Source of the DNA: an uncultured Candidatus Saccharibacteria bacterium
Lineage (GTDB): Bacteria > Patescibacteriota > Minisyncoccia > Phycocordibacterales > JBBTRF01
Length of the DNA: 64,000 bases
Reading direction: 5' to 3'
Assembly: GCA_964602975.1 (NCBI GenBank)
Contig: CAZRTH010000002.1
Span: 7,668 to 71,667 of the forward strand
Positions 1-9,791 of the stretch are shown one piece after another. The notes beneath the pieces are model-generated. The model ran no database searches and was not told where the DNA came from. It worked only from the letters and a program-made list of their open reading frames with translations. The position numbers were made by a program, and so were the translations under genes. Each line of letters starts with the position of its first letter. Within the stretch, counting starts at the first letter, position 1.

Positions 1-1218
1 TTGGCACGAGAGATCGCCACAAAGAAAACCGAGCTCGAGGCTCTTGGCGGCAAAGAGGTCCTGCTCGCAGCTGAGGCACAACAGCTCGAAATGAAGCGTC
101 ATCTCGAAGCGGGCCTTGAAAGGACTCGCCGAGACTCGCTCTTCAACCTAATCCCACGAGCATTGGTTGTTCGCATGGTGAAAATGGCGTACAAGATCAA
201 CGGTTACTTGGGCTGGAAAGATCTGACGGAAGAAAAGATTCGAGCCGAAGACTTGGCGAAGCGCAACGCCATCTTGAAGGGACGAACAAATGATCAATTG
301 AGCAAGGAGGAGGCATTCGACCTTCAGGATCTTGATACGCAGACAGACGCTCGTCTTGCCGGTCTCAAGCGCCACAATGCGCTCGGTGACCTCGGTTTGC
401 GCATTGGTGAACAGCAAAAATCGATCCGATATCTAAAAAGCGGACTGGGTATGAGTATCGGAGTGTTCAGCCCCATCACCTATAGTCCGACGTGGTGGAC
501 AGAGCATCCGGAGATGAAGGCGCAATTGGATAAGACCGAGGCCGCGCTCGCTGAGATCCGACAGAAAAAGCAGACAGTTGAGCAGGCAGAAATCAACCTT
601 ACTCAGTTGATGGCCAATCTCGAGGCGCTTCGTACCGACTCGCTTGCCGAGATTCCTCCGACGATCGCACTCGTGCAATATGCTCAGGCGCAGATCCGCA
701 ACACCATCACTTCTTTCTCGGAGGACACAGCAGTGGAGGATTTGGAGCGCATTGCAGACTACATCACATTGCTTGCTAACAAGGATGGAAAGAATACAGG
801 AAAAGAACCGTTTGAGGCAATACAGGATACTAGCGAGGTTGCCGATCGCCTACACGAAGCTATTGTTGCACAATGGGGGAAGCGTGTATTCGAGGTCTTT
901 AGCAAGACCGCTCTCAATCGCACTGGGGCTCTTGCGGAGATGGAGAAGACAGTCACTGCACTTTTGAGAAAAGGGGCGATCGGAAAGTACGACGACGATG
1001 GCTCAAAGCGGGCGATCGTGAAGGACTTACTTGCTGCAGCCTTCAAGAAGATCGATCCAACCAAGGGCGATGGCAAAGAGCGACGTATGGCTCTTATGGG
1101 CGTCATGATCAACTGCGGTCTTTTGAAGAAGGGCGAAAAGCTCGCGGGCGCGCCAGCGCCAGTTCCGGCGGCTCCGACCCCAGCGCCTGCAGCCGCTCCG
1201 GCAGCTCCGACCGTATAA
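1..1218 (+). CDS. Hypothetical helical/coiled-coil protein, probably 5'-truncated by the window edge, with a Pro/Ala-rich C-tail
   Basis: Open frame from base 1; helical composition; APAP tail; no motif recognised. Confidence 0.7.
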   Translation: MAREIATKKTELEALGGKEVLLAAEAQQLEMKRHLEAGLERTRRDSLFNLIPRALVVRMVKMAYKINGYLGWKDLTEEKIRAEDLAKRNAILKGRTNDQLSKEEAFDLQDLDTQTDARLAGLKRHNALGDLGLRIGEQQKSIRYLKSGLGMSIGVFSPITYSPTWWTEHPEMKAQLDKTEAALAEIRQKKQTVEQAEINLTQLMANLEALRTDSLAEIPPTIALVQYAQAQIRNTITSFSEDTAVEDLERIADYITLLANKDGKNTGKEPFEAIQDTSEVADRLHEAIVAQWGKRVFEVFSKTALNRTGALAEMEKTVTALLRKGAIGKYDDDGSKRAIVKDLLAAAFKKIDPTKGDGKERRMALMGVMINCGLLKKGEKLAGAPAPVPAAPTPAPAAAPAAPTV

Positions 1219-1236
1219 ATTTCACCCTCATCACCT

Positions 1237-1596
1237 ATGCCATCAAAAAAGAACAATTCAAGCATCCCATCCAAGGTCCGATCGACCAAGTCTTTTGGCT
1301 CAGACAAAGCAAAGCAGGCTGATCTCTCCCGATTGGGCGAGCTGATCGAAAAGCGCGATATGCCAGCTGCACAGACACTCATCGACGACTTGATGAAGCG
1401 GAAGCTCACCGAAAACGAAAAAGCACGCATTCACATGGACATGCTCTCGACCTATCTGCAGGTTTCCAATGAATTGAGCGAACAATATCTAGCCGAGCTG
1501 GAAGATGTGGTGGCGTTGATCAAAAGCTTGAAGAAGGAGGAGCGAGCAGTATCCGATGAATTGGCGGTAGCGAAGGTGCGGGCGAAACTGATATAA
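1237..1596 (+). CDS. Hypothetical helical protein
   Basis: 119-aa ORF packed between neighbouring genes. Confidence 0.7.
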   Translation: MPSKKNNSSIPSKVRSTKSFGSDKAKQADLSRLGELIEKRDMPAAQTLIDDLMKRKLTENEKARIHMDMLSTYLQVSNELSEQYLAELEDVVALIKSLKKEERAVSDELAVAKVRAKLI

Positions 1597-1603
1597 TAGG
1601 GGG

Positions 1604-4402
1604 ATGAACACTGGTCCCGAAGCGTTACATACTCCTGAACAGGAATTGGCTTTTCTGCGCGAGCAAGTGTCGAAGAAGGAGCGCGAGCTGCGCGAGCGCG
1701 GAGAACCGCAGCCCCTGCAAGAGCGCGTGATGAAGGAGAAGTTGGTCGAATATCAGGGGCTTCCGACAGAGAAAGTGCTCACGAAAGAGCGTCAATTGGC
1801 TCCGCAAGCAGCGGAGGCGATCGTTCTAAACATTGCTCCGGAGGCACACGATGAAAAAATGGCCGAATTATTGGCAGTGCTTCAGAAGCATGGCTTGAAG
1901 AACGCGTTGGATATTGTTGAGCGACTCAAGAGCCCTCACATCGAGGATGACTTCCACCGTTTTATTATCCAATATCTCAAGGCCGGTCATCGAGTGGATC
2001 AAATGAATCCAAAAGAGGCGATCTCCAAGGCGCTGAAGATGACTTTGTATGAGATCTCGCTGCCTGAGCGAGACGGGCAAGCTCCGGAAAAGCCTCTCAA
2101 GGAGCTCGTGTCTTCCATGGAGCAGCTGTACTCCGGTATGTCTTCTGTTTCCGACGACGATCCTGAGTCGGCTCACTACTTCACTATCGAACTTGCGGTG
2201 TCGAATTTTAGTGACGAATTTGTTTTCTACATGGCTGTGCCGGACACCAAACGAGACCTTTTCGAGAAGCAGGTGCTCGCTATTTTTCATAATGCTCGGA
2301 TCACCGAGAAGCACGACGACTACAACATCTTTTCCGAAAAAGGCGTGGTTGCCGGCTCGGCGGTTGGCTTAATGAAAAAGGCGGCGCTGCCGATCAAAAT
2401 GTATGACCAATTCGACCATGACCCGCTCAACGTCATCCTGAACACTTTCTCGAAGATCAAGCGCGATGGGGAGGGGGCAGCACTGCAGATCGTCTGTAAG
2501 CCGACAAGGAGTGAACTATATTTAAAGCGATACAAGAAGGCAATTGAGCGTATTCAAAAAGGCGTGAAGCCGAGCGATGCGATCGACTTTCCAGACACTT
2601 TTTTTGAGCACTTCACGCATGTGTTCAAGTCTTCGAAGAATCCAAAGAAGCCGAGAAAAGACGAGCCGAAAGAGCCGGAGCATGTGGACGAGACAGCTAT
2701 CGAACAGATCCAGCGCAAGATCGATAGCCCTATTATGCTCGCGAATATTCGCTTGATGGTATCAGCGGATACTGATGTTGCAGCGGATCGGATATTGTCC
2801 GACATGGAATCGGCTTTCAATCAATTTCAAAACACTAATGGCAACCGTTTCGTGTTCGATCGGCTAAAGAAGGGGCAGTTGCAGAAATTCGTGGATCATT
2901 TTGCTTTCCGCCTGTACGACGAAGATATGCAGATGCCGCTGAGCTTGCGCGAGCTCACTACCGTGATGCATTTGCCGGCCACCGTTCTTCGTTCTGCGCC
3001 GCAACTCAAGATCTCAAAGGCGGGTACGGCTCCGGCTCCGCTCGATCTGCCACGGCAGGGTATTTTGCTCGGTATGAACGAATTCCGCAATATGAAAACG
3101 GAGATCCATATGACTCCCGAAGACCGCCTCCGCCATTTCTACGTGATCGGCCAGACCGGTACCGGAAAGACGAGTTTGTTGAAGAATATGATCGTGCAAG
3201 ATATTCAAAACGGCGACGGCGTCTGTTTCATCGACCCGCACGGCAGCGATATTCAGGACATTTTGTCGAAGGTTCCGAAGGAGCGCTACGAGGATGTCAT
3301 CTATTTCGACCCTGCGTACACCGAGCGGCCGATGGGGTTGAACATGCTCCAATACGATCCACGGTTCCCAGAGCAGAAGACCTTCGTGGTGAACGAAATG
3401 CTCTCTATTTTCAACAAACTTTTCGACATGAAGACGGCTGGTGGTCCGATGTTCGAGCAGTATTTCCGCAATGCGGTGCTTTTGACGATCGATGATCCTT
3501 CTTCTGGTGGTACGCTGTTGGATGTGTCGCGCGTGCTGTCGTCGAAGCTGTTCCGTGAGCAGAAATTGGCGAAGTGTACCAATCCGGTGGTGATCCAATT
3601 CTGGAAGGAGGTAGCAGAGAAGGCAGGTGGGGAATCGTCTTTGGCGAATATTGTGCCGTATGTAGTGAGCAAATTTGATACGTTCTTGAGCAACGACATC
3701 ATGCGGCCAGTGATCGCACAGGAGAAGTCCACTTTCAATTTCCGCGAGATTATGGATACGAAGAAGATCTTGTTGGTGAATTTGTCGAAGGGACGTCTCG
3801 GCGATATCAATGCCAATTTGATCGGTCTTATTTTGGTTGGCAAGATTTTGATGGCGGCGTTGTCGCGTGCCGATTCGCTCAATGGTGCGAGCGCGCTCGG
3901 CGGGGGAGCGGCGGGCATTGCTGGCAGTGCCGCAGTGTCAAAAATGCCACCGTTCTATCTGTACATCGACGAATTTCAGAATGTCACCACAGATTCGATC
4001 TCGGTCATTTTGTCGGAAGCGAGAAAGTACAAGCTCAGTTTGAATATCGCACACCAATTCATCGCCCAGCTGCAAGAGGGGATCAAAAACTCCGTGTTCG
4101 GCAACGTTGGTTCGATCGCCGCTTTCCGTGTGGGTGCCGAGGATGCGGAATATTTAGAGAAGCAGTTTGCGCCGGTGTTTACCGCCAAGGACAGTATGAA
4201 TGTCGACAATTACAACGCATACGTGAAGCTGTTGGCGGCCGGCCGGCCGGTGAAGCCGTTCAGCATGCACCTCGTGCCGCCAACGGCCGGCCGGCCGGAC
4301 CAAGTCGAGAACCTCAAGCAATTGTCGTATATGAAATTCGGCAGGAACAAAGCGGACGTCGAAGCGGAGATCTTGCTCAAGTATCAGAAAAAGAACGCCT
4401 AA
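1604..4402 (+). CDS. VirD4/TraG/TraD-like (HerA-FtsK superfamily) coupling ATPase, CPR type
   Basis: Walker A GQTGTGKT, IDPHG, Walker B LYIDEFQN, SEARKY, AHQ motifs. Confidence 0.85.
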   Translation: MNTGPEALHTPEQELAFLREQVSKKERELRERGEPQPLQERVMKEKLVEYQGLPTEKVLTKERQLAPQAAEAIVLNIAPEAHDEKMAELLAVLQKHGLKNALDIVERLKSPHIEDDFHRFIIQYLKAGHRVDQMNPKEAISKALKMTLYEISLPERDGQAPEKPLKELVSSMEQLYSGMSSVSDDDPESAHYFTIELAVSNFSDEFVFYMAVPDTKRDLFEKQVLAIFHNARITEKHDDYNIFSEKGVVAGSAVGLMKKAALPIKMYDQFDHDPLNVILNTFSKIKRDGEGAALQIVCKPTRSELYLKRYKKAIERIQKGVKPSDAIDFPDTFFEHFTHVFKSSKNPKKPRKDEPKEPEHVDETAIEQIQRKIDSPIMLANIRLMVSADTDVAADRILSDMESAFNQFQNTNGNRFVFDRLKKGQLQKFVDHFAFRLYDEDMQMPLSLRELTTVMHLPATVLRSAPQLKISKAGTAPAPLDLPRQGILLGMNEFRNMKTEIHMTPEDRLRHFYVIGQTGTGKTSLLKNMIVQDIQNGDGVCFIDPHGSDIQDILSKVPKERYEDVIYFDPAYTERPMGLNMLQYDPRFPEQKTFVVNEMLSIFNKLFDMKTAGGPMFEQYFRNAVLLTIDDPSSGGTLLDVSRVLSSKLFREQKLAKCTNPVVIQFWKEVAEKAGGESSLANIVPYVVSKFDTFLSNDIMRPVIAQEKSTFNFREIMDTKKILLVNLSKGRLGDINANLIGLILVGKILMAALSRADSLNGASALGGGAAGIAGSAAVSKMPPFYLYIDEFQNVTTDSISVILSEARKYKLSLNIAHQFIAQLQEGIKNSVFGNVGSIAAFRVGAEDAEYLEKQFAPVFTAKDSMNVDNYNAYVKLLAAGRPVKPFSMHLVPPTAGRPDQVENLKQLSYMKFGRNKADVEAEILLKYQKKNA

Positions 4403-4439
4403 GTCACACCGTCGCCATTACCCATTTCTCCCCGAATCA

Positions 4440-5063
4440 ATGTCTCATACCAACATCCAAAAATACAAATACGAACGCACGCTAGTGGTCATAAAACCGG
4501 ATGGTATTCAGCGCTCACTCATTGGTGAGATCATTCAGCGCTATGAGCGCACCGGCCTGAAGCTTGTTGGCTTGAAAATGCTTGTGCCAAAGCCGGATTT
4601 CATCGAGAAGCACTACACGCTCGATCCGGAATGGCGTCGCCTGACAGGGGAGAAGAATATCAAGGGATACGAAGCAAAAGGACTGGAGCATCCGCACAAG
4701 AACGATCCGCTCAAGGTTACCGAGGTCATTCTCGAAAAGTTGAAAAAATATCTCTCCAGCGGGCCGGTCATCGCCATGGTTTGGCAGGGCGCACATGCAG
4801 TACAGATCGTCCGCAAGCTCACCGGTGTCACTGAGCCATTGATGTCGGATGTCGGCACTATCCGCGGCGACTTTGTGCTTGATTCGTATAAAATTTCGGA
4901 TGACGATCTTCGCGCTGTGAGAAATCTCGTGCACTCTTCCGGATCGGTCAAGGAAGCTGAAGATGAGATCGCTCATTGGTTCTCTCCGAATGAGATCATT
5001 CGCTACAACACCGTCCAAGAAAAGATCCTCTACAACGTCGATCTCGACGGAATCTTTGAATAA
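4440..5063 (+). CDS. ndk: Nucleoside diphosphate kinase
   Basis: ERTLVVIKPDG, SGPVIAMVW, GTIRGDF, NLVHSS. Confidence 0.95.
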   Translation: MSHTNIQKYKYERTLVVIKPDGIQRSLIGEIIQRYERTGLKLVGLKMLVPKPDFIEKHYTLDPEWRRLTGEKNIKGYEAKGLEHPHKNDPLKVTEVILEKLKKYLSSGPVIAMVWQGAHAVQIVRKLTGVTEPLMSDVGTIRGDFVLDSYKISDDDLRAVRNLVHSSGSVKEAEDEIAHWFSPNEIIRYNTVQEKILYNVDLDGIFE

Positions 5064-5091
5064 TTTCGATCAAAAAAGCTCTAAATACGGC

Positions 5092-5167
5092 TGCTCCAGA
5101 GCGCTATCCAGAGCTATGAACAGCTTAGACACACATTATGCACAGCTTGTGCACTTTTCTGTCCACT
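5092..5167 (+). repeat. Phased array of seven DnaA-box-like 9-mers
   Basis: TGCTCCAGA, CTATCCAGA, CTATGAACA, TTAGACACA, TTATGCACA, TTGTGCACT, CTGTCCACT at a 10-12 bp period. Confidence 0.45.
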
Positions 5168-5447
5168 TTTGACATTGACGCCTTTTGTCACAGGTCTAGA
5201 ATACACATTAGGATTGTCTTGACTGCTTGCATTGCTAACCAAAATCAAAGGAGCCCGATGTTCGAGCGTTCCGATGAGTGTAGCATTACGCAACGTTCTG
5301 ACGAGCCCTCACTGGGGCACCAATTACATTTTTGCAAATAGCGAGCGATCTCAATCCTCCATCTTGAAGAACACCCTGTTATGAGCAGGGTCTTCTTCTG
5401 TCAATTTTTTCATTCTTTCTTTTCCATGTTCTAATACTTTCTCCTCA

Positions 5448-5475
5448 TTGCACTCCAAAATGGGAGGCATATAAT
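5448..5475 (+). promoter_or_regulatory. Sigma70 promoter for the 6S-like RNA
   Basis: TTGCAC-16bp-TATAAT. Confidence 0.7.
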
Positions 5476-5479
5476 TAGT

Positions 5480-5624
5480 GTAGGGTTATTCGCAGTATTA
5501 ACTCTATAACACATATTAAGGGAGATCTAATTGTTGGATCCTGATGAGCGCTTCGCGTTCTGACCGTTCCATCTGCGATCACCCACCTGGCTTAGGCTGG
5601 GTAAATACTGACTGATAACCCTAC
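5480..5624 (+). ncRNA. ssrS: 6S RNA-like (SsrS)
   Basis: Closing stem GTAGGGTTAT(5480-89)/ATAACCCTAC(5615-24); inner stem CAGTATT/AATACTG; central bubble with a 3' hairpin ACCCA..TGGGT; has its own promoter and terminator. Confidence 0.65.
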
Positions 5625-5625
5625 G

Positions 5626-5669
5626 AAGAAACTGTCCGGCGCACTCCGCGCTCGAGACGGTTTTTTCTT
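5626..5669 (+). terminator. Intrinsic terminator
   Basis: AAGAAACTGTC...GACGGTTTTTTCTT hairpin with U-tract. Confidence 0.6.
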
Positions 5670-5744
5670 GCCCGTTTGCGCTTCCTTGGATACTTTCTGC
5701 AACATTAGATGGCTTTGTTTGGCCAACTGGGATAGGATAGCGGA

Positions 5745-6401
5745 GTGAAAACAGAAGAGCAAAACGCCCTATTGTTCGCTATCATTCCGCTGGCAGCCTG
5801 CATGATCTTGTTCGTAGTGAACCCCTTCTCGCCGCTAGAAGCTCCTGTAGTGCAATATGGTGGAGTACCGGCACCAATTGAGCAAGGGTTTGGTGAAGAC
5901 CCGGGCGTACTACCTGTGGACTATTCTGGTATGCCGTTGCAGCTTCGTATTCCAAAGATCGAGGTGGATGCGCCGTTTGAGCCTGTTGGCGTCTTGTCGG
6001 ATGGAAGTATGGGCGTACCCAAGCGGCCGGAGCGAGTGGGTTGGTATGCATTCGGCCCTCGGCCTGGCGAAAAAGGGAGTGCTGTTGTGGCGGGGCATCG
6101 TGGTTGGAGGAGCGGGGAAGCCGTTTTTGATCGACTGAATGAACTTCTTCCCGGTGACACTATTTTAGTCGCTGATGCAGACAACAAGTGGCACACATTT
6201 ATTGTTCGAGGGAGCAAATTGTTCGATCCGCAGCAAGAGACCGAAGAGGTGTTTGGACGATGGCCGGCTGGCACTGCCGCTGGCCATGGTTCTACGGGCT
6301 CCAGCGGTGCTTTCCTCAATCTCATCACCTGCGAGGGCGAATGGGACCGCACCGCGAAGCAGTATACGAAGCGTTTGGTGGTGTTTGCGGAGAGGATCTA
6401 G
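5745..6401 (+). CDS. Class F sortase
   Basis: N-terminal TM segment; LRIPKI, PGEKGSAVVAGH, LNLITC, RLVV. Confidence 0.9.
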   Translation: MKTEEQNALLFAIIPLAACMILFVVNPFSPLEAPVVQYGGVPAPIEQGFGEDPGVLPVDYSGMPLQLRIPKIEVDAPFEPVGVLSDGSMGVPKRPERVGWYAFGPRPGEKGSAVVAGHRGWRSGEAVFDRLNELLPGDTILVADADNKWHTFIVRGSKLFDPQQETEEVFGRWPAGTAAGHGSTGSSGAFLNLITCEGEWDRTAKQYTKRLVVFAERI

Positions 6402-6485
6402 CCCAAACAGCATTTCTTTAATATTTCTTTATTGTTTCTTGATACTTTCTTTGCGATTTCTTGATCACCTATCTGTTAGAGTATC

Positions 6486-6983
6486 TTGGTGATATCCGAA
6501 AAGGAGTACAACTACGCTTTTGTAGACATGCAAAATATTATTTGCGGTGTCGAAAGGCTTGGTTGGCTCGTTGATTTTGAAAAACTATTTAAATACCTTT
6601 CGTACAAGCACCGTGCCGTGAGAATCTTCCTATTTGTGGGGTATGTGGAAAAATTTTCTCGTTCCTACAGATTCCTGGAGAAAATAGGTTATTTAATTTG
6701 TTACAAGCCAGTAGTTGTTGATAATCTTGGAAGGCCAAAGGCAAATATTGATGCAGATATGGTACTAAAGGCTGTCCTAGAAAAAGAAAATTATACGAAA
6801 GCAATTATTTTGAGTGGCGACGGAGACTTCTATTCGCTAGTGGCATATCTTTTCCAAGAGAACAAGTTGGAAGTTGTGCTTTGCCCGAGCATGCAAGCCT
6901 GTTCGAGTCTACTGAAACGTCACGCGCCTGGGCACATTACAGACATGTCGAGCTGTCGGAATCAAATTTCGTTGGCCACATAA
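6486..6983 (+). CDS. NYN domain (LabA/DUF88) PIN-fold nuclease
   Basis: AFVDMQN, KANIDADMV, ILSGDGDF; AT-rich. Confidence 0.85.
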   Translation: MVISEKEYNYAFVDMQNIICGVERLGWLVDFEKLFKYLSYKHRAVRIFLFVGYVEKFSRSYRFLEKIGYLICYKPVVVDNLGRPKANIDADMVLKAVLEKENYTKAIILSGDGDFYSLVAYLFQENKLEVVLCPSMQACSSLLKRHAPGHITDMSSCRNQISLAT

Positions 6984-7107
6984 ATGAAAAAGCACCGCAT
7001 GGACACGCAGTACTCATGAAGGGCTTTTTCCTCGTTTCCGACACTAGTAATGATAACAATCATAGGTACTGGAGTCAACTTTTCTCTGTTCTGTTATACT
7101 TATCTTC

Positions 7108-8541
7108 ATGAACGATCAAGTGAAAACTCCGCGGATCACATTTTATGGTGGGGTGGGGGTAGTGACTGGGGCAAATTTTTTGCTTGAGACGATCGATGCT
7201 GATAGCGGCACAGCGAGTGGAATGTCTGCCGGCAAGCGCATTCTAGTGGACTGCGGCCTTGAGCAGGGTTCGCCTGAGTCGGCGCGGCGCAATCGCAAAG
7301 CCTTTGAATATGATCCGGCCGCGATGGACTATTTGTTCATCACGCACGCGCATCTCGACCACGTCGGCCGCATCGGCAAATTGGTGAAGGACGGTTTCCA
7401 GGGCATCATCTATTCGACACCAGAAACAAAGGCATTGGCCGAGCTCATCATGGACGATGCGGTCGGCTTGTTGGCGCGAGAGGCCCAAAGAGACGGCGTG
7501 TTGCCGCTGTATGAGGCCAAAGAGGTGACCAAGGCACTGAGTCTCTGGAAGACGATCGAATACCATACTCATTTTCAGGTGTGTGCGGGCGTGGAGGTAT
7601 TTCTGCGCGATGCCGGCCACATCCTCGGTTCGGCCATGATCGAATTCAAGATACAAACAACGTCCGGAGAATCCCGCAAAGTGCTTTTCACCGGCGATCT
7701 TGGCAACTCACCAACGCCCTTGCTGAAGGACACTGAGTCGATCGAAAGTTCCGACGCGGACTATCTCATAATGGAGAGTGTATATGGCGATCGAAACCAC
7801 GAGCCGGCACATGAGCGAAAAGAGAAGCTGAGAAGGGTGATCAACGAAACAGTGAAGCGCCGCGGCGTGGTGGTCATTCCTGCTTTTTCGATCGAACGGA
7901 CACAGGTGATCCTATACGAATTGAACAATTTGGTGGATTGCGGACAGATTCCGAGCGTTCCCGTATATGTCGATTCGCCGCTGGCGATAAAAGCCACCGA
8001 TGTATATAAAAGATCGACTCGTTTTTTCAATACGGAAGCCCAGGCCGATGCGAATGAAGGTGATCATCAGCTTTTCAACTTTCCTCGGCTCAAATACGTG
8101 CCGACCAACGAGGGATCTCGCGCGATCGAAAATATGCCAGGTCCGAAGATCATCTTGGCTGGTTCCGGAATGTCCGCTGGAGGACGGGTGATCCATCATG
8201 AATCCGAGTACCTGCCCGATGAAAAGAATACGATCTTGTTGGTCGGCTATCAGAGTATCGGCACGCTGGGCAGGCAATTGCTTGATGGTCACAAGACCGT
8301 GAGGATCAACGATCGCGATGTTCGCGTGAAGGCGCACATCGAAACGATCTATGGATATTCGTCACACAAAGATTCAGATCATCTGGTGGAATTTGTCGAG
8401 GAGGGCGTTGATTCGTTGAAAAAAGTGTTCGTGACGATGGGGGAACCAAAAGCTTCACTGTTTTTGGTACAGAAGCTGCGGGACAATGTTGGAGTGGATG
8501 CGATTATGCCGGAAAGGGCGACTCCGTACGAAATCGTCTAG
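7108..8541 (+). CDS. MBL-fold beta-CASP ribonuclease
   Basis: THAHLDH, GHILGS, TGDLG, ESVYG, GSGM, SSHKD. Confidence 0.92.
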   Translation: MNDQVKTPRITFYGGVGVVTGANFLLETIDADSGTASGMSAGKRILVDCGLEQGSPESARRNRKAFEYDPAAMDYLFITHAHLDHVGRIGKLVKDGFQGIIYSTPETKALAELIMDDAVGLLAREAQRDGVLPLYEAKEVTKALSLWKTIEYHTHFQVCAGVEVFLRDAGHILGSAMIEFKIQTTSGESRKVLFTGDLGNSPTPLLKDTESIESSDADYLIMESVYGDRNHEPAHERKEKLRRVINETVKRRGVVVIPAFSIERTQVILYELNNLVDCGQIPSVPVYVDSPLAIKATDVYKRSTRFFNTEAQADANEGDHQLFNFPRLKYVPTNEGSRAIENMPGPKIILAGSGMSAGGRVIHHESEYLPDEKNTILLVGYQSIGTLGRQLLDGHKTVRINDRDVRVKAHIETIYGYSSHKDSDHLVEFVEEGVDSLKKVFVTMGEPKASLFLVQKLRDNVGVDAIMPERATPYEIV

Positions 8542-8543
8542 GC

Positions 8544-8888
8544 TTATTTTACCTTCTCAACCACTCGCTTGAAAGTCTCAGGATGGAATTCGGCGAGATG
8601 CGCCATGATCTTTCGGTCGACTTCGATATTCTGCTTCTTCATCGCGCCGACAAATTTGCTGTATGAAAGGCCCATTGGGTCGAGTGCGGCGTTCATCTTC
8701 ACGATCCACAAGCGTCGCATCACGCCCTTCTTGTCGCGTCGGTGTGCGAAGGCGTATGAGCCGGCATGAGAGATCGCCTCGTACGCCATTCGCTCCTTGG
8801 TGCTTCGGCCAAATCGATAGCCCTTGACCTGCTTGAGGACATTCTTTCGGGTCTTTAGGGCGTTTGTTGCTTTCTTTACGCGTACCAT
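8544..8888 (-). CDS. rplT: 50S ribosomal protein L20
   Basis: MVRVK..KGY..R..RRLWI..YSKF..DRK. Confidence 0.97.
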   Translation of the reverse strand: MVRVKKATNALKTRKNVLKQVKGYRFGRSTKERMAYEAISHAGSYAFAHRRDKKGVMRRLWIVKMNAALDPMGLSYSKFVGAMKKQNIEVDRKIMAHLAEFHPETFKRVVEKVK

Positions 8889-8925
8889 TGGGGTGTTGTT
8901 ATGCTTGTGTGGGTTTTAATAAAAT

Positions 8926-9126
8926 TTAGCGTCCGAGAGCGGCGTTGCCGCCGAGGAAGCGAGCTCGCGACTTGTTGGTCATGATGATCGAACCCATTCG
9001 GTTCTTCTTCATCTGGGAACGTCGTCGCTCCTTGGCATTGAAGTGGTTGTGACCTTTGCCTCGAGCGAGGACTTTGCCCGCTTTGGTGACTTTGAGGCGC
9101 TTGGTGTATGACTTGTTGGGTCGCAT
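8926..9126 (-). CDS. rpmI: 50S ribosomal protein L35
   Basis: KRLKVTKAGK..HNH; sits in infC-rpmI-rplT order. Confidence 0.92.
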   Translation of the reverse strand: MRPNKSYTKRLKVTKAGKVLARGKGHNHFNAKERRRSQMKKNRMGSIIMTNKSRARFLGGNAALGR

Positions 9127-9180
9127 GGGATTGATATTAAAATTCGATGTTATGTTTGTTTTTGTGTGTTTGGCGTTTCG

Positions 9181-9693
9181 CTATTTCTTCTCGATGATGA
9201 CAGTGAGGCCTTTCAGAGCCTTCTTCGGCGCTTCGGCGATCGTGTACTCCTCGGTGATCAGCTTGAGGATGCGCTCGAGTCGCTCTTTCAGGAAGTTGAA
9301 TTCCATGTACTTCGAGCGGCCGGTGAGGAAAAGGTCGATCTTGATCCGATGCCCCTCCTTCAGCCATTCCGATGCCTTTTTCGCTTTCAATTCAAGGTCG
9401 TGCTCGCCGGTGCCGATCTTCACTTGGACTGTCTTCACTTCGATGACGTGGGCTTTCGCCTTTGCCGCCTTGAGCTTCTTGTTCTGATCGTACTGAAACT
9501 TTCCGTAGTCCATGATCTTGGCGATCGGCGGGACTGCGCTCGGAGAGATTTCGATGAGATCAAGGCCTGCTGCCTGGGCTTTGTCGAGAGCGTCCTTCAG
9601 GGAAATGACCCCAAAGTTCTCTCCGACAGGCCCGATGACGCGAAGCTCCGCGACTCGAATTTGATGATTTATCCTGTGATTTACGGTGCTCAC
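9181..9693 (-). CDS. infC: Translation initiation factor IF-3 (non-AUG start: GTG at 9693 or ATC at 9696)
   Basis: RINHQIR..LDLIEISP..PPIAKIMDYGKFQY; no in-frame ATG upstream. Confidence 0.93.
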   Translation of the reverse strand: MSTVNHRINHQIRVAELRVIGPVGENFGVISLKDALDKAQAAGLDLIEISPSAVPPIAKIMDYGKFQYDQNKKLKAAKAKAHVIEVKTVQVKIGTGEHDLELKAKKASEWLKEGHRIKIDLFLTGRSKYMEFNFLKERLERILKLITEEYTIAEAPKKALKGLTVIIEKK

Positions 9694-9791
9694 GATGTAT
9701 GAAGTAACCCAGCATTTATAGCACAATAGCCCTTTTTACGCAATGTTTTGGCCGACAGGGCGATTTTTGCAGGGCGTATCGCCCAAACTCG

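Noticed and set aside
1604-4402. Conjugative element
   Set aside because: No relaxase, VirB4 or integrase; such ATPases are ordinary chromosomal genes in CPR.
5270-5570. Hammerhead-like CUGAUGA/CUGACGA cores
   Set aside because: The required GAAA after stem II is absent; the copy at 5541 belongs to the 6S-like apical stem.
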